Shown in pieces: positions 19,685 to 28,761 of a DNA stretch of 64,000 bases. This DNA is from Candidatus Micrarchaeota archaeon (GTDB lineage Archaea > Micrarchaeota > Micrarchaeia > Micrarchaeales > Micrarchaeaceae). The notes under the pieces are model-generated. The model saw nothing but the letters and a program-made list of their open reading frames with translations. It made no database searches and was not told the DNA's origin. The first letter of the stretch is position 1. Every line of letters begins with the position of its first letter. The DNA is taken from the NCBI GenBank assembly GCA_021816885.1, contig JAKAWS010000003.1, forward strand, positions 5,091 to 69,090. The letters are read 5' to 3'. Both the position numbers and the translations under genes were made by a program.

Positions 19685-20781
19685 TGCCGCTAACAAGAAT
19701 AAACGTGGGGCCTGTGCATCCGAGCACACACGGAGTCCTCCATTTTGTAGTGGACATGGACGGCGACACGATACGCCATATAGAGACCCATGTGGGTTTC
19801 CTTCATAGAGGTGTGGAAAAGCTCTGCGAGACAAGGATGTACATGCAAATCCCCTCTTACACCGAAAAGTTCGATTACCTTGCGCCTCTTGCATGGGACG
19901 ATCTTTATGTGAACACTGTGGAGAAGGTGCTAGGGCTCGAGGTAAAAGAGACGGCGAAGTACGCGAGGATGATACTTCTTGAATTCCAGAGGATCGCAAG
20001 CCACCTTGTTTTCCTCGGCACGCTATGCAATGACCTGGGCCAGATGTTTACTATGTTTATGTGGTCCTTTAGGGAGAGGGATTCAATCCTCAGATTTCTT
20101 GAAGATGTGACTGGCGGCCGCATGTTCTATGTAAATATACGGCTTACTGGCCTAAACCGAAAGCTTCCAGACGACTTCAAGGAGCACGCACACGCTCTGG
20201 CAGACTCGCTTGAGACAAAGATAAAGGGATATAAAGAGATCATGGAGTCCAATCCAATATTCGTGGAAAGAACAAAGGGGGTTGGAAGGATAACTTCTAA
20301 GCAGGCGGTAGAGTACGGGGTGTCTGGGCATGCACTCCGTGCGTCAGGCATAGAATACGACATAAGGAAGTCTAATCCATACTACAAATACTCGGAGATG
20401 AAGTTCAAAGTGTGCACAGAGACTGCAGGAGATGCGTTCGCCAGATACAAAGTAAGATACAACGAGATTTTCGAAAGCATATCGATAATACGACAGGCCC
20501 TCGATGCGATGCCTGACGACAACAACGTCGAAGGCATGCCAATAAAACTCATATCGCCCCAAGCCAAACCAGACATAATAGTTAATAATTCTGAGATGCC
20601 AAGAGGTGAAGGGATAATCTACCTTGTTCCAGACAAGCAGCGCCCTTATCGGATATATTTCCGTTCAGGCACATATACCAACGCCGCGGTGCTGGAACAC
20701 ATATGCGAAGGGATAAAATATGCCGACCTGTTTACTATATTGGGAAGCATGGATCTTGTAGCCGCCGACATAGATAAGTGA
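19681..20781 (+). CDS. nuoD: NADH-quinone oxidoreductase subunit D (49 kDa)
   Basis: INVGPVHPSTHGVLHF, ETHVGFLHRGVEKL, C-terminal region. 366 aa. Confidence 0.9.
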   Translation: MMPLTRINVGPVHPSTHGVLHFVVDMDGDTIRHIETHVGFLHRGVEKLCETRMYMQIPSYTEKFDYLAPLAWDDLYVNTVEKVLGLEVKETAKYARMILLEFQRIASHLVFLGTLCNDLGQMFTMFMWSFRERDSILRFLEDVTGGRMFYVNIRLTGLNRKLPDDFKEHAHALADSLETKIKGYKEIMESNPIFVERTKGVGRITSKQAVEYGVSGHALRASGIEYDIRKSNPYYKYSEMKFKVCTETAGDAFARYKVRYNEIFESISIIRQALDAMPDDNNVEGMPIKLISPQAKPDIIVNNSEMPRGEGIIYLVPDKQRPYRIYFRSGTYTNAAVLEHICEGIKYADLFTILGSMDLVAADIDK

Positions 20782-20785
20782 TTTT

Positions 20786-21124
20786 ATGGAGAAAAACGAA
20801 CTAGAAGAGAAGACAATCGAATACCAAAAGATAAACGAACAGCTACAGTCGCTGGCGGCCCAAAAGGATAGACTGACTATGCAGAAGACAGAGCACAAGA
20901 ACGCAGAAGTAGAGATAACAAAGGCAAAAGGCAAAGTATTCTCTGCAGTAGGCTCTGTGATTGTAGAGGTAACAAAGGAAGACGCGGAGACGTCGGTAAA
21001 GGAGAGAGCAGAGATGATAGAGTTGCGTCTCACCGTCGTAAACCGCCAGATACACGAGTTTTCCGAGAAGGAAAAGAAGATGAGGTCTGAACTGGAAGGC
21101 ATGCTAAAGAACAACCAGATGTGA
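20786..21124 (+). CDS. pfdB: Prefoldin beta subunit
   Basis: 112-aa coiled-coil / beta-hairpin / coiled-coil layout, with GKVFSAVGSVIVEV in the hairpin. Confidence 0.65.
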   Translation: MEKNELEEKTIEYQKINEQLQSLAAQKDRLTMQKTEHKNAEVEITKAKGKVFSAVGSVIVEVTKEDAETSVKERAEMIELRLTVVNRQIHEFSEKEKKMRSELEGMLKNNQM

Positions 21125-21130
21125 GGCATC

Positions 21131-22120
21131 ATGCAGAAAAAGGTAGACATGTCGGGATTAAGGGAGAAGCTTGAGGGGAACCGCAACACGAGAATCGCCA
21201 TGGTCTCGCATTCAATCGGCGACGCTGACTTCATCGGTTCCGCGATAGCTCTATCTGAATATATGCCTAACTCTAAGATAGTCGTCCAGGACAAGCTGTC
21301 TGCGAAGGTCGAGGGCATACTTAAAGATAACGGGTTTCCCACAAGTTTCCAGAAGGAAATAGGAAGGGACTCAGATTTGATAATAATGCTGGATGTCAAC
21401 GATTTCGAAGGGTGCGGCCCGCTCGCTCCAGAGCTGTCACAGACAAAAAAGGAGATACTGGTAATAGACCACCACTTCCCAAAAGCAGCGTCAGGCCAGA
21501 ACATGGTGGTCTTCGATGACGAAAGGTATTCATCTACATCAAACATAATATACAGGGCCCTGAAGGAAATAGGCGCGCCTCTGTCGCCTCAAGCAGCCAA
21601 GATGTTGCTTATAGGGATAATATCCGACTCCGCAGAACTGATAAACTCCACACCCGGCACATTTAGGGACATATCTGAGATATTGGAGATGACAGGAGCT
21701 GACTACGCCGCAATATCCGATGAAATATCATACGACATCAAGCCAAAGGAGCGCATAGGAATCATAGACAGCATCTGCTCCTCCCAAAAAGAGGTGATTG
21801 GAGGGGAGCTCCTTGTGCACGGAGAATCAAAGCTTCCTGCCCATATGACCGCGGATTTCGCGATAAAGGCCGGAGCTGATATCGCACTTTTCTATTCGTT
21901 ATACAAAAAGGAAATATCCTTCTCTGCAAGGATGCGCAGCTCCGTAGAGAAGAAATACGGCATACATCTTGGCAAGATAATGGGCGAGATATCCGGCGCG
22001 ATAGAGGGCAACGGCGGCGGCCATAGCTGCGCTGCCGGTTCTTACGGGCCAGGGCAAGAAGGATACAAAGATTTCATATCGGAATTTAGGGGACAACTGG
22101 CCAAAAAGATGATTTTATGA
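21131..22120 (+). CDS. DHH-family phosphoesterase (NrnA/HAN-like nuclease)
   Basis: DHH motif VIDHH and DHHA1 GGGH (AIEGNGGGHSCAAG). 329 aa. Overlaps the mre11 start by 4 nt. Confidence 0.75.
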   Translation: MQKKVDMSGLREKLEGNRNTRIAMVSHSIGDADFIGSAIALSEYMPNSKIVVQDKLSAKVEGILKDNGFPTSFQKEIGRDSDLIIMLDVNDFEGCGPLAPELSQTKKEILVIDHHFPKAASGQNMVVFDDERYSSTSNIIYRALKEIGAPLSPQAAKMLLIGIISDSAELINSTPGTFRDISEILEMTGADYAAISDEISYDIKPKERIGIIDSICSSQKEVIGGELLVHGESKLPAHMTADFAIKAGADIALFYSLYKKEISFSARMRSSVEKKYGIHLGKIMGEISGAIEGNGGGHSCAAGSYGPGQEGYKDFISEFRGQLAKKMIL

Positions 22121-23325
22121 AGATAGGGATTGTCTCGGATATGCACTTGGGGTACGAGAGATTCCGGGCCGATGCATACTCGCAGGCCAAGCGCGCGCTT
22201 GAGATGGCCGCTGCGTCGTGCGACATGATACTTATACCTGGTGATGTGTTCGACAGCAGAACACCTGCTCCGGATGTCATAGCAGAGGGGATAAACCTTT
22301 TCAGAGAGATATCAAAAAAAGAATGGAAAGCGCATGTGTTAAAATACGAAGCTGATAGGGAGACATATACAGATGTGCCTATCGTTGCGGTGTCCGGCAC
22401 ACATGAGCGCACCGCAATAGGGAGGGACAATGCTCTAAGACTCCTTGACCTAGCAGGACTTCTTGTAGATACGAGCGAGGCTAGGACCACGATACAGAAA
22501 GGAGAGGAGAAGATTGCAGTTTATGGGATAGGCGGAGTATCAGAGGAACTTTTCAAGTCAAAGATAACTGAGCTTGGAGTAAGGCCGGTAATCGGAGTTT
22601 TTAATATATTCATGTTTCACCAATCCTTATACGAGATCCTGCCGTTCAACGAGCAGTTTATGCGCCTCGATGAACTCCCGGAAGGGTTCGATTTATACAT
22701 AGACGGTCACCTCCATACAAAAAACGAGCAGAATGTACACGGGAAGAAGTTTCTCGTGCCTGGTAGCACAGTCATAACCCAGATGAAGGACGCAGAACAG
22801 TCTAGCAAAGGCTTCATAATATTCGACACAAAGACATATTCCTACGAGTTCGTAGAGATAGGATCAAGGCCGTTTGTTGCACAGCAGGCCAACGTGTCTG
22901 GCAAGAGTGGAGAGGAGATACGCTCGGAATGTTCTGCAATAATAGAATCCATCATCAAAGAGTCCAACGAGCCGCCGATAATACGGATAAAACTCGAAGG
23001 TGAGCTACGCCCTGGAATATCAAACAGCGACATGAGCTTAAAAAACATGGTCGCAAGGTACTCAAAGTCTGCTTTTATAGAGATAGATTCGTCAAAAATC
23101 ACGAACAAATCCATGGAAGAAGGGATAGAGTCCGTAAGGAGCAGCAAAATCCGCGGAGAATCAATAAAGGAAAGAGGGCTCGACGCACTAAACCAGACGC
23201 TTGCCGGCTTGGGATTTAGCCTAAGCATCAAATCCGGAGAGCTGATGGACCTCCTGACAAACAGCAGCAAGAAAGAGAAGTTTACTGACGAGATCCTTGA
23301 GCTGCTTGATTCTGGCTCTTCCTGA
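22117..23325 (+). CDS. mre11: DNA double-strand break repair nuclease Mre11
   Basis: Calcineurin-like motifs in Mre11 order: DMHLGYE, GDVFDS, VSGTHER, MFHQ, IDGHLHT, VPGS. 402 aa. Confidence 0.85.
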   Translation: MKIGIVSDMHLGYERFRADAYSQAKRALEMAAASCDMILIPGDVFDSRTPAPDVIAEGINLFREISKKEWKAHVLKYEADRETYTDVPIVAVSGTHERTAIGRDNALRLLDLAGLLVDTSEARTTIQKGEEKIAVYGIGGVSEELFKSKITELGVRPVIGVFNIFMFHQSLYEILPFNEQFMRLDELPEGFDLYIDGHLHTKNEQNVHGKKFLVPGSTVITQMKDAEQSSKGFIIFDTKTYSYEFVEIGSRPFVAQQANVSGKSGEEIRSECSAIIESIIKESNEPPIIRIKLEGELRPGISNSDMSLKNMVARYSKSAFIEIDSSKITNKSMEEGIESVRSSKIRGESIKERGLDALNQTLAGLGFSLSIKSGELMDLLTNSSKKEKFTDEILELLDSGSS

Positions 23326-23551
23326 TCACGCTTCCTATTGCATCCTCTATCGCTTCCCTATCCTTGACATCAACTTTCTGTGCCAAAAATTCAAGGTGTC
23401 TTGGATTGCACCTTCTCTCTTTCGCACGCGCTGCTGTCAATATCCTGACAAAGCCATCATCTTCCACAGCGGTTATTACAGCCTTTTTCCCTGCGTCCCT
23501 TCCGTATTTCTTAATGCAGACCCTTCCTACTTCTAGTATCATAATATTCAC
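23282..23551 (-). CDS. rpl14e: 50S ribosomal protein L14e
   Basis: KOW motif VGRVCIKKYGRDAGKKAVI. 89 aa. Confidence 0.85.
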   Translation of the reverse strand: MNIMILEVGRVCIKKYGRDAGKKAVITAVEDDGFVRILTAARAKERRCNPRHLEFLAQKVDVKDREAIEDAIGSVIRKSQNQAAQGSRQ

Positions 23552-24066
23552 TTTTTCTTATCTTTCAGAGCCAAAGAGATGATGTCCACCGCGCTCTCAA
23601 CGCTTATCTTTCCAGTGTTGATCTGCAGGTCAAAATCGCTGTGCTCGTTTATGTCTATGTTATAAAACTTTTTAAAGCTCGCTATGGCGGAATCGTCCGT
23701 TTCGGATACACGCTTCCCTGCCTCTTGCTCGCTAGCCAGCGTCTCTCTTTCCATATATCTCTTTATTCTTGTACCTATATCCGCATATATCCATACCCGC
23801 AGGTCCGCGTCCTTCACAAGCCACGGGCTCAACCATGTGCTTACTACGCAGTCTTCCTTAGATGCCATCTCTATGGTCTTCATATCGAAGCTCTTTACAA
23901 ACTTCTCATCTGCCGCGTCGATAAATCCAGACATATTAACGTTTCCCCTAAGATGCTCCTTGTATGAATTTTGCACATGCTTTATCTTCATTTTCAGGGC
24001 AAGCGCCTCTGATACTGTGGTCTTGCCAGAGGCAGTAAGGCCGCTTATGCATATTTTCATTACCAT
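23548..24066 (-). CDS. cmk: Cytidylate kinase, archaeal type
   Basis: P-loop ISGLTASGKTTV, 172 aa. Conserved archaeal L14e-cmk-L34e context. Confidence 0.8.
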   Translation of the reverse strand: MVMKICISGLTASGKTTVSEALALKMKIKHVQNSYKEHLRGNVNMSGFIDAADEKFVKSFDMKTIEMASKEDCVVSTWLSPWLVKDADLRVWIYADIGTRIKRYMERETLASEQEAGKRVSETDDSAIASFKKFYNIDINEHSDFDLQINTGKISVESAVDIISLALKDKKK

Positions 24067-24070
24067 CGAA

Positions 24071-24388
24071 TCAGTGTGCGACTAGTTGGAGCACATATGC
24101 CCTATATCTTGTGCCCACGTCGTCAAGCTTTATCTCCCCTTGTTCTACTCTGCTTCCAAACTTTATCACTTCAGCAGAGCATCTGCTGCACAGCACGCCT
24201 CCAAACTGTCTGCTGTTTGTCCTTCTGCTTTTGCCTCCGCTGGTGCCTATCCCGTTCAGCTCGGCAATACATATCGCGCAAACATGCGGCGCGTTCTTCC
24301 CCCTTCTATAATGCACTACGTTCTTTCCTGTTCTAGTAACCTTTCTCGCTTTCTTATAACTCCTCGATCTATACATCGGTTTTGTCAA
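24071..24388 (-). CDS. rpl34e: 50S ribosomal protein L34e
   Basis: MYRSRSYKK...RTGKNVVHYRRGK...CAICIAELNG, zinc-ribbon type L34e. Confidence 0.85.
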   Translation of the reverse strand: MTKPMYRSRSYKKARKVTRTGKNVVHYRRGKNAPHVCAICIAELNGIGTSGGKSRRTNSRQFGGVLCSRCSAEVIKFGSRVEQGEIKLDDVGTRYRAYVLQLVAH

Positions 24389-24396
24389 ATAAACAC

Positions 24397-24915
24397 CTAT
24401 CTTGCAACATTTAGGTTGCCATTAAGCCTCTCCTCTTCCATTGCCTCTTCCTTGCCTTTCTTTCTATCGTATAATGCTATCGATATGCCCACAACCAAAC
24501 CCAATATAAATACAACAGCTATGAACAGCTCTTTGTACCCCATCGGGAATATGAAATTTATCACATACTTCTGCCAGGACTGGAGGTAGACGCCTATCAA
24601 AACATAATATATAGCAAGCAGGAGTGGGAATATCACTATCATGGGCTTCATCGAGTTCTTCATGCTCTCGTTGAAATGCGGCATCATCTCCTTCTGTTTG
24701 GCCATTATATGCTCTTGAGGTGCGCCGCTCTTCATCATTTCCCTCAATTCCTTGTTTATCTTGTTGAGCTTTCTCTGTATGCTTCTTGCCTTCTTCGGAT
24801 TGCCCAGCGTTCTCTGCAATGCTGTCGACATAGCGACATCCAATATCGCTATCCCTACTATTATAAGCGCAACATACATCGGCATGGGAACTGTGGTAAC
24901 TGTCATATCTATCAT
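24397..24915 (-). CDS. DUF106-family membrane protein (archaeal YidC/Oxa1/EMC3-like insertase)
   Basis: TM1, charged coiled coil, then TM2-TM3 topology. Sits between L34e and adkA as in many archaea. Confidence 0.65.
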   Translation of the reverse strand: MIDMTVTTVPMPMYVALIIVGIAILDVAMSTALQRTLGNPKKARSIQRKLNKINKELREMMKSGAPQEHIMAKQKEMMPHFNESMKNSMKPMIVIFPLLLAIYYVLIGVYLQSWQKYVINFIFPMGYKELFIAVVFILGLVVGISIALYDRKKGKEEAMEEERLNGNLNVAR

Positions 24916-25481
24916 TCCATGTTTTCTATAGCTTCAAGGCAGTTCTTTACTGTTTCGCTTATGTGTCCCTGCCTGTTGTGTATTATGTATAGCGGTATAT
25001 TTAAATAGGTGAAGTAATAAGAGACGACGCCAAGGTTTATCGCGCGCTGGTTGTCCATCCTCCGCTCATCCTCCTCCTCACGGGTCCTGTCCTTGTCCTT
25101 CTTTCTCCTAAGCATGAGTTCCCTGTTCGTAGCGTCCATAAATATAATCCCAGAGACGGAGTTCAACATCGATACAGTATCGTATGGCATCCCTGATGTG
25201 TACCTGTTTCCGTTGGCGACAGAGACATGCGTATCTACTATGACTGTACCGCGCATCTCAGATATCCTCCTTATTGCGGCCTTTCTGAGCTTTGTAGTGG
25301 TCTCTTTCGGGAGATATCTTATCTCGTCCCTGTTCTTCACATAGCCTTTGGAAACAGCAAGCTCCTTCATAAGCGTGCCTATAGTCACAGAAGTATGGCC
25401 TTTTTTCGCCAAAGCATCTGCGACTGCGGTTTTGCCCACACCTGGAGAACCACACAGCAATATTACCCTGCCTTTCTTCAT
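24912..25481 (-). CDS. adkA: Adenylate kinase, archaeal AdkA type
   Basis: LLCGSPGVGKTAV P-loop, VDTHVSV. 189 aa. Confidence 0.85.
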   Translation of the reverse strand: MKKGRVILLCGSPGVGKTAVADALAKKGHTSVTIGTLMKELAVSKGYVKNRDEIRYLPKETTTKLRKAAIRRISEMRGTVIVDTHVSVANGNRYTSGMPYDTVSMLNSVSGIIFMDATNRELMLRRKKDKDRTREEEDERRMDNQRAINLGVVSYYFTYLNIPLYIIHNRQGHISETVKNCLEAIENME

Positions 25482-25503
25482 CAGAACACGTCAAAAGGAA
25501 GGA

Positions 25504-27147
25504 TCAGTCTCCTTCCATCCCTCCTGGCGGCATGCCACCAGGAGCACCTTTCGACCTAGAGCTTATGATATCATCTATCCTGAGTATCATCTCCGCAGCC
25601 TCGCTCGCACTGTATATCAGCTGGATCTTCATCTTGGTAGGTTCAAGCACACCCAAGGTTTCCATATCCCCAACAGTGTTCTTGAATATATCCACGCCGA
25701 ATTTCTTGCCTTCGGGAGACTTATGCTTGTTCCTGAGCTGCACCAACGTATCTATGGCATCGATGCCGGCCGTCTCAGCAAGGGTCTTAGGTATGGATTC
25801 CAACGCATCTGCGAATTTCTGTATGGCAAGCTGTTCCCTTCCGCCTACTTCGCCAGAGTACTGCCTTAGATCATCGGCAAGGTCTATCTCTATAGCACCG
25901 CCTCCTACAACATACATCCCATTGTTCTCTATAGTAGCAGTCACCGCACCGAGTACGTCCTCCAAGGACCTCTCCACCTCGTCTATTACCTGCTGTGATC
26001 CGCCCCTTACGAAGATGCTCACGCTTTTTGGGTTTTTGCACCCTTCTACGAAGACCATCTCCTCTCCGCCTACTTTCCTTTCCTCAACTATTCCAGCAGA
26101 ACCGAGGTCGTCTTTCGACAGATCGTCAAGGCTCGTAACTATCTTTGCGCTTGTCGCCTTTGCTAGTTTCTCCATATCGCTCTTTTTGACACGGCGGACA
26201 GCCATAATTCCGTACTTCGCCAGGAAGTGTTGCGCAACGTCGTCTATCCCCTTCTGGGTAAAGAGCACGTTTGCACCGCTGTTCTTTATCTTTTCGGCCA
26301 TCTCCTTGAGCATCATCTCTTCTTGCTGGAGAAATCCCTGTAATTGTTCTGGAGATGTTATGTCTATCTTTGCATCTGTTTCCGTCTTTTCTATCTCAAG
26401 AGCCGCATCGAGCAAGGCTATCTTCCCATTCTCCACGAACTTAGGCATGCTTGGATGGGTTACTTCCTTGTCTATTATGACTCCGCTGATCAAACTGGTT
26501 TCGGCGATGCTGCCACCAGTCTTCTTCTCTATCTTTATATAGTCCCTGTCTATTATGAGCTTGCCCTTCTGGTTCTTGTCTGTGACTGCCTTAACTGCCT
26601 CTATCACCATCTTCGCCAGATGCTCCTTTGTCTCCCGTTCTCCAATGTTCTTGGAGCCAAGGGATACAAGTGCTATCTTATTCAAAATGCTTTCGTCATT
26701 GACATCCGCCTTTCTAGAGCTTCCCGCAAGTAGCTTATCCGCCCTTGCAGCAGCCATCTTATAGCCTCTTACTATTACGGTAGGGTGTATACCTTGTTCG
26801 ATAAGTTCGTCAGCTCCTTTGAGCAGGTTGCCCGCTATCACGACAACGCTTGTTGTTCCGTCACCAACTTCCTTGTCCTGGCTTTTCGCTACGTTTACCA
26901 TTATCTTTGCGACCGGGTGCTCTACATTCATTTCCTCAAGGATTGTTGCGCCATCGTTAGTTATCACGATGTCTCCGAGGTCGCTCACAAGCATCTTGTC
27001 CATTCCTTTAGGCCCGAGAGTCGTTTTCACGACATTGGCAACAGCCACAGCAACTGCTATGTTTGTCCTCTGCGCATCTCTTCCTAATAATCTTGTAGCT
27101 CCCTCTGGAAGCAGCATTATCTGTCCTAAGTTCTGGTTCTCTGCCAT
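25504..27147 (-). CDS. ths: Thermosome subunit (group II chaperonin)
   Basis: [43 protein letters not shown], and a C-terminal [11 protein letters not shown] tail. Start taken at MAENQ (27147) rather than the upstream ATG at 27183. Confidence 0.95.
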   Translation of the reverse strand: MAENQNLGQIMLLPEGATRLLGRDAQRTNIAVAVAVANVVKTTLGPKGMDKMLVSDLGDIVITNDGATILEEMNVEHPVAKIMVNVAKSQDKEVGDGTTSVVVIAGNLLKGADELIEQGIHPTVIVRGYKMAAARADKLLAGSSRKADVNDESILNKIALVSLGSKNIGERETKEHLAKMVIEAVKAVTDKNQKGKLIIDRDYIKIEKKTGGSIAETSLISGVIIDKEVTHPSMPKFVENGKIALLDAALEIEKTETDAKIDITSPEQLQGFLQQEEMMLKEMAEKIKNSGANVLFTQKGIDDVAQHFLAKYGIMAVRRVKKSDMEKLAKATSAKIVTSLDDLSKDDLGSAGIVEERKVGGEEMVFVEGCKNPKSVSIFVRGGSQQVIDEVERSLEDVLGAVTATIENNGMYVVGGGAIEIDLADDLRQYSGEVGGREQLAIQKFADALESIPKTLAETAGIDAIDTLVQLRNKHKSPEGKKFGVDIFKNTVGDMETLGVLEPTKMKIQLIYSASEAAEMILRIDDIISSRSKGAPGGMPPGGMEGD

Positions 27148-27432
27148 ATTTTCACCTTTATCTGAAAAGAGTTTTAATATCACTAAAACAAAATAAGATG
27201 GTTGTAAATACTAAACGTCTCTCAAGAGTATACTGCAACAAAATATTTATATTTTGCGTTATCTGTGGTTTTGCCCGGAAAGTCCTTTCTGCTCATAAAA
27301 CCTGAAGATTGTCCAGAAATTTCATATATGGAAATTCTTGTTCTTACTATAATGGGTCCGGCTCAGTTTTAGAGATTGGCACGAAACCTAACCGATACTT
27401 CTATACAATAAATATAATGTACAGGTTCTAAG

Positions 27433-28221
27433 TCAATCCTTTATTCCCGAGCTGATAATTATCCGTTCAAATATCTGATATATATTCTCATCATTCATTA
27501 CTGCAACCACGCCTTTTTCATCCAAGCTGCCCAGCATCGTATCAAAAGGCACAGAGCCCAAGAGTTTTGCGTCTATCTCGGTAGAGAGATCTACTGAACT
27601 GGCGCTCGGTTCTCCCCTTGACATATTCTCCACAATGCCAAGTACTTGCACCCCAAACCTCTTTACCATAAGGGCAGATTTTTTCGAATCAAGCGCGGAT
27701 ATCCTTCCCGGGCCGGTAACAATGATAAATCCCTGCATATCCACGAGCTGTAGTATACTTAACGGTGCATCGCTTGTGCCCGGCGGCAGATCTATAACAA
27801 GATAATCAAGTCTGCCCCAATCTGTTTTCTCAAAGAAATCCTCAAGCATCTTAGCCACAAGTGGCCCTCTCCATATTATTGGTTTTTTAGAGTCGTCCAC
27901 AAGCATTGATGTGGATGCTATGCGTATCCCGTCCTTCTCTACCGGCACAAGCGGCAACTTTGATATATCTATTTTCTCGTCGAATCCCAAGAATGCCGTC
28001 ACGTTCGGACAGTCTATGTCGGCGTCAAGGAGCCCGACCTTATATCCCATCTTTGCTAGCGTGTAAGCCAGATTTATGGATATGGTGGTCTTTCCCACCC
28101 CTCCTTTAGCACTATACACCCCCACCTTATGCCTTATCCCAGAAAGGCTCTTTTTTATAGATTCCTTTCTTTTCAGCACATTCATGAATGAGGGATGCAT
28201 AGGTGTATTTTCTCCTTCCAT
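27433..28221 (-). CDS. Mrp/NBP35-family Fe-S cluster carrier ATPase
   Basis: Deviant Walker A VYSAKGGVGKTT, CPN region. 262 aa. Confidence 0.8.
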   Translation of the reverse strand: MEGENTPMHPSFMNVLKRKESIKKSLSGIRHKVGVYSAKGGVGKTTISINLAYTLAKMGYKVGLLDADIDCPNVTAFLGFDEKIDISKLPLVPVEKDGIRIASTSMLVDDSKKPIIWRGPLVAKMLEDFFEKTDWGRLDYLVIDLPPGTSDAPLSILQLVDMQGFIIVTGPGRISALDSKKSALMVKRFGVQVLGIVENMSRGEPSASSVDLSTEIDAKLLGSVPFDTMLGSLDEKGVVAVMNDENIYQIFERIIISSGIKD

Positions 28222-28386
28222 ATAAAGTCCCTCAAATCAGATGTCCTCGTAAGAGGCTATATTCCACCCAAACCTAAATCGGAAAAGTATATAAGCCTTA
28301 CAGCAGATAAATATTTACAAAAGGAGAGCAAGAATATACGCAACGCTATTTTTGACGTTGAAAAGCGTTCTTCTTTAGGTGTTTTA

Positions 28387-28761
28387 ATGAAAATAAAGGA
28401 ACTCAGAGCAGGAGTAAGTAACGTGGAACTGCAGGCGGAAGTGGTACAGAAAGACGAACCGAGAGAGGTCGTATCAAAATACGGAAAGAGATTGACAGTG
28501 GCAAACATAACGATAAAGGACGAGACCGGAACTATACCGATGTCACTCTGGGGCGAAGACATAGAGAAGGTCAACGTCGGAGACAAAATAGAGGTAAAGA
28601 ACGGCTATGTCAGCGAGTTCAGAGGCGCGCCTCAGCTTTCAACAGGAAAATTCGGAAAAATAAGTGTTGTAGGCAAGGGAACCGGAACGAAAAGCGATAA
28701 AGACGAAGATTCAGAAGAGGACGAAGGCGCCCCTGAGGAGCCGGTGGATGAAGAGTTCTAA
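28387..28761 (+). CDS. ssb: Single-OB-fold ssDNA-binding protein with an acidic C-terminal tail
   Basis: ~124 aa. OB-fold core (LTVANITIKDETGTIPMSLWGE...VKNGYVSEFRG) followed by a flexible acidic tail DEDSEEDEGAPEEPVDEEF. Confidence 0.55.
   Translation: MKIKELRAGVSNVELQAEVVQKDEPREVVSKYGKRLTVANITIKDETGTIPMSLWGEDIEKVNVGDKIEVKNGYVSEFRGAPQLSTGKFGKISVVGKGTGTKSDKDEDSEEDEGAPEEPVDEEF

Noticed and set aside
20665-21546. 293-aa minus-strand ORF across pfdB and the DHH gene start
   Set aside because: Antisense to two well-supported genes; Ser/Phe-rich low-complexity translation.
25532-26542. 336-aa plus-strand ORF antisense to the thermosome gene
   Set aside because: Shadow ORF: Ser/Pro/Leu-rich, with no motifs; the opposite strand encodes an unmistakable group II chaperonin.
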